This document shows positions 27,852 through 39,861 of a stretch of 64,000 nt of DNA, piece after piece. The position numbers and the translations under genes are program-made. Each line of letters starts with the position of its first letter. Positions within the stretch are counted from its first letter, which is position 1. Location of the stretch: NCBI RefSeq assembly GCF_009914755.1, contig NC_060946.1; one strand, given 5' to 3'. Below the pieces are notes generated by a model. It was given only the letters and a program-made list of their open reading frames with translations, searched no databases and was not told the DNA's origin. The stretch is from the human T2T-CHM13v2.0 reference genome, Homo sapiens.

Positions 27852-28227
27852 TAGCTTCTAGGCCAGGGTTTGGCCAAGGTCCACTGTTTCTTGACTTCAG
27901 AAGAACACATACGGAGTAGTTGACTCACCAAATGTCCAGTAAATTGTAAGGAGTCTCTAATGTTGAATTCATCCCACTTACCCAGTGCTAGGAGCTTGAG
28001 GCTCCTACACTTAGGCTGGACTTTGGAATTAGCTCCACCACTCACCTGGGGGAGGAAATCTCCTAATTTGTAGCTTCTCAACTTTACTGTAAATAAAAAG
28101 GGAGTATCTGTTCCTCTCCACCTCACACTCGACCTGTTAGGCCCGTCTTTGAAAGTTATTCATCTTTAGGCAGTCAGTGTAGTAAAGGAGAAAACAAAAA
28201 CAAAAATCATTATAAAGGGAGTGAAGA

Positions 28228-28666
<439 letters not shown>

Positions 28667-29179
28667 TAGAAACATCAGCTCCCAATGCACTGGGTGCCAG
28701 GCCCTCGGCTGGGAAGGGTATGCATGTGTTAGGCCAGGGCAGAGGGGCAGGTCTGAGCAGATATAGTAAGGAATGTTGCCCCAGGTGGGGCAGTGAGGAA
28801 GGCAGGGAAGGAAGAATGCCTTTCTGCTGTAATCGGCTGCCTCCATGATGACCACTTGGAAGCTGCTGGGGCATGAGGGCTCTTGAGTCCCTGGCCCCAC
28901 CTGGCAGTTCAAGGCTGGAGGTATAGGATCCTGACACTGGCAGGTTCTCCCAAGTGGTTTCAAGTGGGCTCACCCTGGTAGCTGACTCATCGCTAACCCC
29001 ACCCCAGGTAGGCAAATGGGCCCAGGACTGCAGAGACCAGATGCTACAGAAGGTCTCTCTTTACCAGGCCCATCCCCCTGACCCAAGTATAGGGCCAAGG
29101 TGCAGCCTGCCTGCTGTGGGAGGAAGTTGGGCCATTCTCTCACTTCATCTTCAAAACAGTCCTGTGTGGTTTTAATTAC

Positions 29180-29520
29180 TATGATCTCCATTCTGCAGAT
29201 GAGAGCTCAGAGAACTTAAGTAACTAGCCCTAGGTCCCACAGTTCACTGAATCTGGTTTCCAACCTAGGGCAGCTAGACTCCAAAGTTTATGCTCTAACC
29301 TTTCTAATTCCTCGATTCCCTAAAACAACTGAGATCTCCCACCTGAGACGAAAAAGTCCTCTCAGTAGTCTAATTCTGCTACTTACTGGCTGTGTGACCT
29401 GCAGCAAGTTACTTAACCTCTCAGAGCCTCCTAAAACTGTGATAAGAATTAAAGAGAATAATATCAAAGCACTTATCAGAATGTCTGTTAGACAGCAGAT
29501 GCTCAAGCTAGTGCTATTTA
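29180..29520. mobile_element. Two oppositely oriented MIR fragments in TIMP3 intron 4
   Basis: Minus copy ~29180-29300; plus copy ~29370-29520 (ctgtgtgacctgcagcaagttacttaacctctcagagcctc). Confidence 0.7.
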
Positions 29521-29650
29521 TATTATGATCACTGAGGGACTGATGTGGCTAGGCTTCCCATGCAGTGGCCCCAGGGTCTGAATCCAGGCTCGGTAGCCTC
29601 AGGCCTGGGCATACCATGGCAGAGTCCATCAACTGCTGCCTGTTATCTAA

Positions 29651-29854
<204 letters not shown>

Positions 29855-30885
29855 GCGCCAGACCCTGCCCCACCTCACTTCCCTCCCTTCCCGCTGAGCT
29901 TCCCTTGGACACTAACTCTTCCCAGATGATGACAATGAAATTAGTGCCTGTTTTCTTGCAAATTTAGCACTTGGAACATTTAAAGAAAGGTCTATGCTGT
30001 CATATGGGGTTTATTGGGAACTATCCTCCTGGCCCCACCCTGCCCCTTCTTTTTGGTTTTGACATCATTCATTTCCACCTGGGAATTTCTGGTGCCATGC
30101 CAGAAAGAATGAGGAACCTGTATTCCTCTTCTTCGTGATAATATAATCTCTATTTTTTTAGGAAAACAAAAATGAAAAACTACTCCATTTGAGGATTGTA
30201 ATTCCCACCCCTCTTGCTTCTTCCCCACCTCACCATCTCCCAGACCCTCTTCCCTTTGCCCTTCTCCTCCAATACATAAAGGACACAGACAAGGAACTTG
30301 CTGAAAGGCCAACCATTTCAGGATCAGTCAAAGGCAGCAAGCAGATAGACTCAAGGTGTGTGAAAGATGTTATACACCAGGAGCTGCCACTGCATGTCCC
30401 AACCAGACTGTGTCTGTCTGTGTCTGCATGTAAGAGTGAGGGAGGGAAGGAAGGAACTACAAGAGAGTCGGAGATGATGCAGCACACACACAATTCCCCA
30501 GCCCAGTGATGCTTGTGTTGACCAGATGTTCCTGAGTCTGGAGCAAGCACCCAGGCCAGAATAACAGAGCTTTCTTAGTTGGTGAAGACTTAAACATCTG
30601 CCTGAGGTCAGGAGGCAATTTGCCTGCCTTGTACAAAAGCTCAGGTGAAAGACTGAGATGAATGTCTTTCCTCTCCCTGCCTCCCACCAGACTTCCTCCT
30701 GGAAAACGCTTTGGTAGATTTGGCCAGGAGCTTTCTTTTATGTAAATTGGATAAATACACACACCATACACTATCCACAGATATAGCCAAGTAGATTTGG
30801 GTAGAGGATACTATTTCCAGAATAGTGTTTAGCTCACCTAGGGGGATATGTTTGTATACACATTTGCATATACCCACATGGGGAC

Positions 30886-30893
30886 ATAAGCTA
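30886..30893 (+). promoter_or_regulatory. miR-21 8mer seed site 1 (ATAAGCTA)
   Basis: Exact 8mer complement of the miR-21 seed; TIMP3 is an established miR-21 target. Confidence 0.85.
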
Positions 30894-30993
30894 ATTTTTT
30901 TACAGGACACAGAATTCTGTTCAATGCTGTTAAATATGCCAATAGTTTAATCTCTTCTATTTTGTTGTCGTTGCTTGTTTGAAGAAAATCATG

Positions 30994-31001
30994 ACATTCC
31001 A
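30994..31001 (+). promoter_or_regulatory. miR-1/206 8mer seed site (ACATTCCA)
   Basis: Exact 8mer; an additional CATTCCA 7mer-A1 lies at 31610-31616. Confidence 0.7.
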
Positions 31002-31025
31002 AGTTGACATTTTTTTTTCATTTTA

Positions 31026-31031
31026 ATTAAA
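31026..31031 (+). terminator. TIMP3: Possible further proximal poly(A) signal (ATTAAA)
   Basis: ATTAAA preceded by a U-rich tract; motif only. Confidence 0.4.
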
Positions 31032-31409
31032 ATTTGAAATTCTGAACACCGTCAGCACCCTCTCTTCCCTATCATGGGTCATCTGACCCCTGTCCGTCTC
31101 CTTGTCCCTGCTTCATGTTTGGGGGCCTTTCTTTAACTGCCTTCCTGGCTTAGCTCAGATGGCAGATGAGAGTGTAGTCAAGGGCCTGGGCACAGGAGGG
31201 AGAGCTGCAGAGTGTCCTGCCTGCCTTGGCTGGAGGGACACCTCTCCTGGGTGTGGAGACAGCTTGGTTCCCTTTCCCTAGCTCCCTGGTGGGTGAATGC
31301 CACCTCCTGAGATCCTCACCTCTTGGAATTAAAATTGTTGGTCACTGGGGAAAGCCTGAGTTTGCAACCAGTTGTAGGGTTTCTGTTGTGTTTTTTTTTT
31401 TTTTTTTGA

Positions 31410-31445
31410 AATAAAACTATAATATAAATTCTCCTATTAAATAAA
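31410..31445 (+). terminator. TIMP3: Proximal alternative poly(A) signal cluster in TIMP3 3'UTR
   Basis: AATAAA 31410-31415, ATTAAA 31436-31441 and AATAAA 31440-31445 after a U-rich tract. TIMP3 is known to have several transcript sizes. Confidence 0.65.
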
Positions 31446-32237
31446 ATTATTTTAAGTTTTAGTGTCAAAAGTGAGATGCTGAGAGTAGGTGATAATGTAT
31501 ATTTTACAGAGTGGGGGTTGGCAGGATGGTGACATTGAACATGATTGCTCTCTGTCTCTTTTTTCAGCTTATGGGTATTTATCTTCTATTAGTATTTGTA
31601 TCTTCAGTTCATTCCACTTTAGGAAACAGAGCTGCCAATTGAAACAGAAGAAGAAAAAAAAAAAAGCAGCAGACAACACACTGTAGAGTCTTGCACACAC
31701 ACAAGTGCCCAGGCAAGGTGCTTGGCAGAACCGCAGAGTGGGAAGAGAGTACCGGCATCGGGTTTCCTTGGGATCAATTTCATTACCGTGTACCTTTCCC
31801 ATTGTGGTCATGCCATTTGGCAGGGGGAGAATGGGAGGCTTGGCCTTCTTTGTGAGGCAGTGTGAGCAGAAGCTGATGCCAGCATGTCACTGGTTTTGAA
31901 GGGATGAGCCCAGACTTGATGTTTTGGGATTGTCCTTATTTTAACCTCAAGGTCTCGCATGGTGGGGCCCCTGACCAACCTACACAAGTTCCCTCCCACA
32001 AGTGGACATCAGTGTCTTCTCTGTGAGGCATCTGGCCATTCGCACTCCCTGGTGTGGTCAGCCTCTCTCACACAAGGAGGAACTTGGGTGAAGGCTGAGT
32101 GTGAGGCACCTGAAGTTTCCCTGCGGAGTCGATAAATTAGCAGAACCACATCCCCATCTGTTAGGCCTTGGTGAGGAGGCCCTGGGCAAAGAAGGGTCTT
32201 TCGCAAAGCGATGTCAGAGGGCGGTTTTGAGCTTTCT

Positions 32238-32245
32238 ATAAGCTA
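32238..32245 (+). promoter_or_regulatory. miR-21 8mer seed site 2 (ATAAGCTA)
   Basis: Exact 8mer in AU-rich context. Confidence 0.85.
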
Positions 32246-32295
32246 TAGCTTTGTTTATTTCACCCGTTCACTTACTGTATAATTTAAAATCATTT

Positions 32296-32302
32296 ATGTA
32301 GC
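32296..32302 (+). promoter_or_regulatory. miR-221/222 7mer-m8 seed site (ATGTAGC)
   Basis: Exact seed match; TIMP3 is an established miR-221/222 target. Confidence 0.75.
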
Positions 32303-33381
32303 TGAGACACTTCTGTATTTCAATCATATCATGAACATTTTATTTTGCTAAATCTTGTGTCATGTGTAGGCTGTAATATGTGTACATTGTGTTTAAGAGA
32401 AAAATGAAACCCACATGCCGCCATTTTCCTGAATCAAATTCTGCAGTGGAATGGAGAGGAAAATACTTCTAGGCAAGCAGCTAGACTGGTGAATTGGGGG
32501 AAATAGAAGGAACTAGTAACTGAGACTCCTCCAGCCTCCTCCCTATTGGAATCCCAATGGCTCCTGGAGTAGGAAAAAAGTTTAAACTACATTCATGTTC
32601 TTGTTCTGTGTCACTCGGCCCTGGGTAGTCTACCATTTACTTCACCCCAAGTCCTGCTGCCCATCCAGTTGGGAAGCCATGATTTTCCTAAGAATCCAGG
32701 GCCATGGGAGATACAATTCCAAGTTCTCGCTTCCTCCTTTGGGCATCTCTTCTGCCTCCCAATCAAGGAAGCTCCATGCTCAGGCTCTCAGCTCTCGGGC
32801 CAGTGCTCTGCTCTGTCCAGGGTAGGTAATACTGGGAGACTCCTGTCTTTTACCCTCCCCTCGTTCCAGACCTGCCTCATGGTGGCAACATGGTTCTTGA
32901 ACAATTAAAGAAACAAATGACTTTTTGGAATAGCCCTGTCTAGGGCAAACTGTGGCCCCCAGGAGACACTACCCTTCCATGCCCCAGACCTCTGTCTTGC
33001 ATGTGACAATTGACAATCTGGACTACCCCAAGATGGCACCCAAGTGTTTGGCTTCTGGCTACCTAAGGTTAACATGTCACTAGAGTATTTTTATGAGAGA
33101 CAAACATTATAAAAATCTGATGGCAAAAGCAAAACAAAATGGAAAGTAGGGGAGGTGGATGTGACAACAACTTCCAAATTGGCTCTTTGGAGGCGAGAGG
33201 AAGGGGAGAACTTGGAGAATAGTTTTTGCTTTGGGGGTAGAGGCTTCTTAGATTCTCCCAGCATCCGCCTTTCCCTTTAGCCAGTCTGCTGTCCTGAAAC
33301 CCAGAAGTGATGGAGAGAAACCAACAAGAGATCTCGAACCCTGTCTAGAAGGAATGTATTTGTTGCTAAATTTCGTAGCAC

Positions 33382-33389
33382 TGTTTACA
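33382..33389 (+). promoter_or_regulatory. miR-30 8mer seed site (TGTTTACA)
   Basis: Exact 8mer near the 3' end of the UTR. Confidence 0.65.
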
Positions 33390-33425
33390 GTTTTCCTCCA
33401 TGTTATTTATGAATTTTATATTCCG

Positions 33426-33433
33426 TGAATGTA
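33426..33433 (+). promoter_or_regulatory. miR-181 8mer seed site (TGAATGTA)
   Basis: Exact 8mer; further matches GAATGTA at 33352-33358 and TGAATGT at 30659-30665. Confidence 0.75.
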
Positions 33434-33491
33434 TATTGTCTTGTAATGTTGCATAATGTTCACTTTTTATAGTGTGTCCTTTATTCTAAAC

Positions 33492-33545
33492 AGTAAAGTG
33501 GTTTTATTTCTATCACACATCTGCTGTCTCTTGCCTTGTTGTGTT
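33492..33545 (+). terminator. TIMP3: Distal TIMP3 poly(A) site with non-canonical AGTAAA hexamer
   Basis: AGTAAA at 33492-33497; upstream TGTA motifs at 33355, 33430 and 33442; CA dinucleotides ~33514-33519; downstream GU-rich tgtctcttgccttgttgtgtt. Confidence 0.75.
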
Positions 33546-35390
33546 CTGACGCCACGGGGAGTTATGTATACACCAGCAGGCCTTGAAAGTCTGTCCCCAG
33601 CTCCAGGCCTGGACACATCCCTCCCTCCATGCACCGCTATGGCCTGGCCCCACCCTGCTCCAGTCCTTTTCCCTTGCAGAAGGAATCTTAGGAGAGGTGC
33701 CCTGCCTTGACTTTGCTCCCTGATTCTATTGCTAGAGTCCTCCCTAGTTCTGCTGAATCTGGATGTATTAATATATCTGTACCTAATCACCTATTGGTGG
33801 TACAAGTACCCCCAGACTGGAGTCCTTACTCAGCCCTCCTTGTTTTCTTCCTAAGAATCCCAACCTGGTGGAGGTGGGGAGGGGCGGCCTGCAAACAGCA
33901 GTCCTTGATGTCAACTGCCTGCTTGAAATTCCAAGTATGGCTTGGCCTAGTTGGGAACACCAGGAACTCATGAGGTCTCACGACAGCTGGTGACCTTTTC
34001 CCAGAGCTTATAACAACCTCCTTTCAGAGTATACAGCAGGGCCTCTCACTGTCAATGGGCTGGGCTGGCTGCAGACCCCTCGCCTGACTTTCATCCCACC
34101 ATTGACAACGTTCTAGGTTTTCACCCTTGTTTTAAAGCTACTCCTACTATATGCCAGGTACAGCACTTTATATACAGGATCTCATGAAATCCTGACTACT
34201 CGATGAGGTTGCTCCACAATCATCCACGGTTTTTACCTGAAGAAGTTGGGGCTCACAGAGATAAAGTCATTTTCCTGAGACCTAGTGTGTAGACAGAACT
34301 GGCATTCAAATTCAGGCTAGTTTGATAATGAACTCTGAATTTTCCCCACTGTAAGGATGCATACAGTAAGAAAAATCCAGGGTTTGGGGATATGCTGGGT
34401 TTCACATGTGCCCTTCTTATCTCAACCAGCATGTTCTGGATTCTGTGACTCTTGCCCGATCAGATACAGGGGAAAGATCATCAATAGAAATTCTGCTTGG
34501 TTAGAGTGATTACTCCTGAAATCTGCAGTCCTACCCATCAGTATCTCCAAACAGGACTGTCTAGCCCAGAAGCCTGAGCTTGGACTCTACAAACAGCCAC
34601 AGTAAGTCCCCACCTGGGACTATGGTATACTCTATTCATTATTCTGTTCCCAAAGACGCATTCCCTGCAAGGCCAAGCGCAGGGTCACAGCCTTGAATTC
34701 CTTTGACCAGTTTACGAAGACCATCAACTATGCAAGCAGGCATGTTGCAGGCTCTTTCCTGCTGCTTAGAGCTCCTCCCCCCAACACTTTCTGGCTTCAG
34801 GTGGAGAACCCTTCACCTCATTCAGAAAGACATTCACCTCTTCCACCCAGGTATCCTCCAAATGGGAGGCTGTACCACATATCCTGAGCTAAGCCCTGCT
34901 TCCCAGAGGAGATCTCAGGTGCATTCAGAAATTGGAAAGTGAAGAGGACATGTAAGGAAACTGCCCTTCAACAACCAATGCAAATCAAATATTAATATTA
35001 CTGCTTTTTATTAAAATATGAGTTGAAATCAGGTTCCACAAAAGGCTCAAGTAAAACAACATCCCACCTTGAAAACATCTTTTACCTTTATAATCAGCCT
35101 CTGGTTCTAACATGCCCCCAGAACGTGTCCCCTGATTTGCTGAAAATCTCCAAGTTCCAAGGAATGTGGTTCACCTTTGTTATTTGCCCTATTGCCTGAA
35201 TTTCACCTGGAGAGACGACTTCCCTTAGGAAATCCAGGCACTCCCACAGGACACTGTGACTCCGCCTTAGAGTCTGCGTGGTCAGTGTACAACCCCTAGA
35301 GTCCACCTCCTCCATCCAAAGAGACCGAGGACAAGTCATCTGTATTCATTCCGCATCATGCAAAGAAACAGAGTAAAAAAGGGCACTCAC

Positions 35391-35480
35391 CATTGGCTTA
35401 TGGTTGGGGAAAAATGTTTGCTCCACAAGCGGGAACTTCTCAGGACCCAGGGAATGGAAGATCTTAATGAGCTGAGAGAA
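35391..35480 (-). CDS. SYN3: Synapsin III next coding exon (90 bp): FSQLIKIFHSLGPEKFPLVEQTFFPNHKPM
   Basis: Manual translation of the reverse complement (too short for the ORF track). Acceptor tctctcctcttctatcctag|, donor ATG|gtgagt; continues in phase 0 from ...KPWV. Confidence 0.98.
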
Positions 35481-35844
35481 CTAGGATAGAAGAGGAGAGA
35501 ACATTGATCAACTATTGTCACCCAGTATAACAAAACCTCCCACTTGATCTGAGGCCTCAAGCATCTGACTGTTCTGAGCCGAGCTTCAGTAGGTGCTATC
35601 CTACCCTGCCTATAGGATAAAGACCAGATTCCTTGGCTGGACATTCATCCTCTCCATCATCTAGCCATATTAACCCCTCCATTTCTGCCCAAGACCTAGT
35701 AAGTAGGCAGAACACTGGGTTCAGCCCAACCATATTTAATGAGCACTTACTATAGCCTCAGCATTTCACACCATGTCCTTCTCCACCTGCTGATGTTCAT
35801 GCCCTGCTCCTTGCCTGCCATACCTTCTTTCTAGAGAGGCAGCG

Positions 35845-36078
35845 CTGCATGGTAATTGATGGTGTTAGATGTGGATCCAGCCTTCCTGGGTTCAAATTCT
35901 TGCTTTGCCACTTACTAGCTGTATAACCTGGGAAGTCAATTCAGGTTTCTGAGCTTTCGTTTCTTCACTCGTAAACTGGAGATCCAACCTCATGGGATTG
36001 TTGTAAGGATACAGTGTGTCAGAGGCAGTGCTTTGTCCACAGCAGTGCTAAAATGCTAGGTGTTATATTAATAAATAT
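35845..36078 (+). mobile_element. MIR
   Basis: cctgggttcaaattcttgctttgccacttactagctgtataacctggg. Confidence 0.8.
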
Positions 36079-37389
36079 TTTCTCTGCTGTTGCAACCCCT
36101 CTCATTTCCAACAGCTCAAGCCACATCCCTTCCCACTGCTCTCCTCCTGCTTCAACACTTGCTTGTTTTGCCAGATACTAGCTACTGTCTCCGGAGCTCA
36201 AAGGTGAGCTCTGTCGCTATGCTTTATTATTGGAGCAACAAGCTGAATATGGGGGCAAGGCCTGAAGGAAGACAGGCTGCAGGTGCATGGCTGTGACACT
36301 AATATCTTGCTGGAGGGAAGCATAGGGGGTGAAGGGACCTGGAAGGGGGACAGAGTAGGGAGTCAGGATGATCCCCTGGAGCAGACGACATAAGAGAAGG
36401 AGAAAGGGCCCTCCGGGTGTGCATTGAGACTAATGTATGCTGGAGACCCTCTGCAGCTGCCATGCTGTGGCGTCAGTTGCAGGTGATGATGAGAGACGAG
36501 GTGGAAGCATGATCCATCACAGACCACCAGCCTTAAAGGCCTGACCAGAAAGCTTAGAATTCACCCAGAAGGTGAAGGAGAGCTGCTGGTGGATATAAGC
36601 AGAGAAGAGCAAATCAGATTCCGAACAAGATAAAGGAATCAACTGGAATTTGTGGTCCCATGTGGATGCCCAGTGGTTAAAGGAGTGGCCAACCTGACTT
36701 GGAGGTCACTCAATACTAAGAGCCTGGACACTGAAAACAGAGTAACTAGGAACTTTCTGCATCCACCCAAGATTGGTCTGCAAACTCTTGGGGTATAGCC
36801 TTCAGATGCAGCACAACAGGGAGTCAACTTCGAGGGTTTAAGAGAACTCAGAAATATGGAAAACGATGTATGTGTGTGTGGGGTCCCTCATTTTGCAGAC
36901 AAGGAAATTGGAGTCCAGAAAGGGAGAGTGATTCCGCAGGTAAGCACATGAGTTTTGAAGAGGCCTAGCTCTACCACTTTCTACTAGCTATGTGAGCCTC
37001 AGTTTCCTCATCTGTAAGATGGAGATATTAGCAACTCCTACTCATAAGGGTGCTAAGAATTAAACACAATATGCACGTTAAGGGCTCAGGATAGCACACG
37101 GCTAGTGCTGATGAGTTGTGGTTGCTACTATCGTGATAACTGTGATAAAAGGTGGGGAAGGGCTAACACCATCTAGGACCCTTTCCTAACAGTGGCACTC
37201 GAAAATCTTGGATGCCATTGGCCAAAAAGCCCAGTTAGGGCAGAATGAGAAGGAGACCAGGGCCATGACAATAGTGGTAAATTCTATCCATACCTATTAA
37301 ATTAATGCATGTAGCCATTCAGTAAGTACTGAGTGTTCCAACTCTACATGGAACTTGTTCCAGGTATCTAAGGCAGTGAAAATTTTTAC

Positions 37390-37612
37390 CACTTATTGAG
37401 TGTGTACTTTGTGCCAGCCACATCCTAAGCGTTTTCATCTATTAAATCATAACCCTACCAGGAAGGCGCTATTACTACCACCACTTTCCAAATAAGGAAG
37501 CTAAGTTCAGAGAGGTTAATGGGGTTGCTGCTCGAGTAACACAGCTCATAAGTGGAGAAGCCTGGACCTAGGAATCTGGCTTCAGAGCTCACACTCTCAA
37601 CTACCACCCTAC
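37390..37612 (-). mobile_element. MIR
   Basis: acttattgagtgtgtactttgtgccag...aataaggaagctaagttcagagaggttaa. Confidence 0.75.
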
Positions 37613-37804
37613 ACCACCAGGTGATCACACAGAGAGATAGCAAAACACCACAGACCAGACAGCTATGAGCTTCATAGAGCACTTTCTACATACCCCAAGC
37701 CTCCACATTACCTATCCTCTTTCTGTCCTTGATCTTCCCCCTTGCCACTGATCATAGGACATATTGCATATTTGGCATAAGTATTAAAGCACCGCACATG
37801 CCCC

Positions 37805-37935
37805 TGCTCACTAGAATGTAAGATCCACAGGGCAGGGATTTTGGTCTGATTTGTTCACTGCTATGTTTCTAGGACTTACAACAGCACCTGGAACACAGTA
37901 AGTGCCCAAGAAGTATTTGCTACATGAACGAATAA
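37805..37935 (+). mobile_element. L2 3' end
   Basis: cactagaatgtaagatccacagggcagggattttggtctgatttgttcactgct...cacagtaagtgccc. Confidence 0.8.
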
Positions 37936-38020
37936 CTTCTAATCAGGGAGACAGATAATGCACAAATGAATGGATAAATTTATCATTCTAGGTGGAGATA
38001 AGTATCTAGGAAAAAAATAA

Positions 38021-38355
<335 letters not shown>

Positions 38356-38704
38356 GAGGAGTGGTATTTTAAGAAGTCTTTCTTACAGGTAACATTTGGA
38401 TGGAAACTCAAATAAATCAAATGAATGACTGAAACTAAGGAATAAAAGAAGAGAAATTAAATGTTGGGTGTTGGAGAGAGAGATGGCTTAAATTGTGGCC
38501 TCACCACTCACTGAGCAAGTTCCTTAAGTGGCCTGAAGCTGAGCTTCCATCTCTGTAAAATGAAGGGTTGACACTCACTTCACACGAGAGCGACAGTTTG
38601 AGTGCCAGGTAGCATAGTTTTCTGGGACATAGTAAGTGCTCAATAAATGGAGTCTGCTGTTAACAATAATGATAGAATGTTCATAAAACAATATGGTGCA
38701 TCTT

Positions 38705-39251
<547 letters not shown>

Positions 39252-39441
39252 TAAAATATAAAATTAATATAATTGTTAGGCAACAATTCCAACAAGAGCC
39301 CTAGGATCCAAGTTCAGTTCAGTTGCTTAAATAAGAATTTTTACTACTGAGGCCTCCATGCTGGGGAGTGGGCTTGTCGCAGAGTGGGAGGCCACCCACT
39401 GCCTCCCAGATCCCTCCAGGTCAGCCTGCCCTGTCACCTAC

Positions 39442-39601
39442 CACCCAGGGCTTGCTGCAGAAGTTGTAGACGGAGTAGAGAGAGTTGACAGCAGGCAGCC
39501 CTCCATACTGCAGGCCGATGACCAGGCTGCGGTAGTCTTCCCCCAGGGCCATGCTGTAGGCATGCTGGCGGACCAGGATGAAGTCTGGCTTGAAGGATCT
39601 G
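39442..39601 (-). CDS. SYN3: Synapsin III internal coding exon (160 bp, C domain): (S)[53 protein letters not shown]
   Basis: ORF 39421..39666(-) contains the synapsin C-domain peptide. Acceptor ctttctcag|CAG|ATCC (NAGNAG), donor GTG|gtaggt. Confidence 0.98.
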
Positions 39602-39802
39602 CTGAGAAAGCCAACAGCAGTGTTACCACACTGGGACATTGATGAAACACCAGGGCATCCGGCCACAGCTTGCTGGGGATGATAGCACTGACTTGCAGGG
39701 CGGCAGCTTAGTTCAGAAGTGGGAGCAGGTGGGGGATGAGGGCAGTTAAATGCAAAGGCACAGCTACTCCACTATAAAGTCAAAGGGCTGGAAACACTAT
39801 AT

Positions 39803-39806
<4 letters not shown>

Positions 39807-39858
<52 letters not shown>
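39807..39858. repeat. (TC)26 microsatellite
   Basis: Perfect dinucleotide run. Confidence 0.97.

Positions 39859-39861
<3 letters not shown>

Larger units (their letters stand above)
29855..33517 (+). other. TIMP3: TIMP3 long 3'UTR (~3.66 kb)
   Basis: Follows the stop codon, lacks recognisable interspersed repeats, carries many miRNA seeds, and ends after AGTAAA with a GU-rich downstream element. End position is approximate. Confidence 0.88.
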
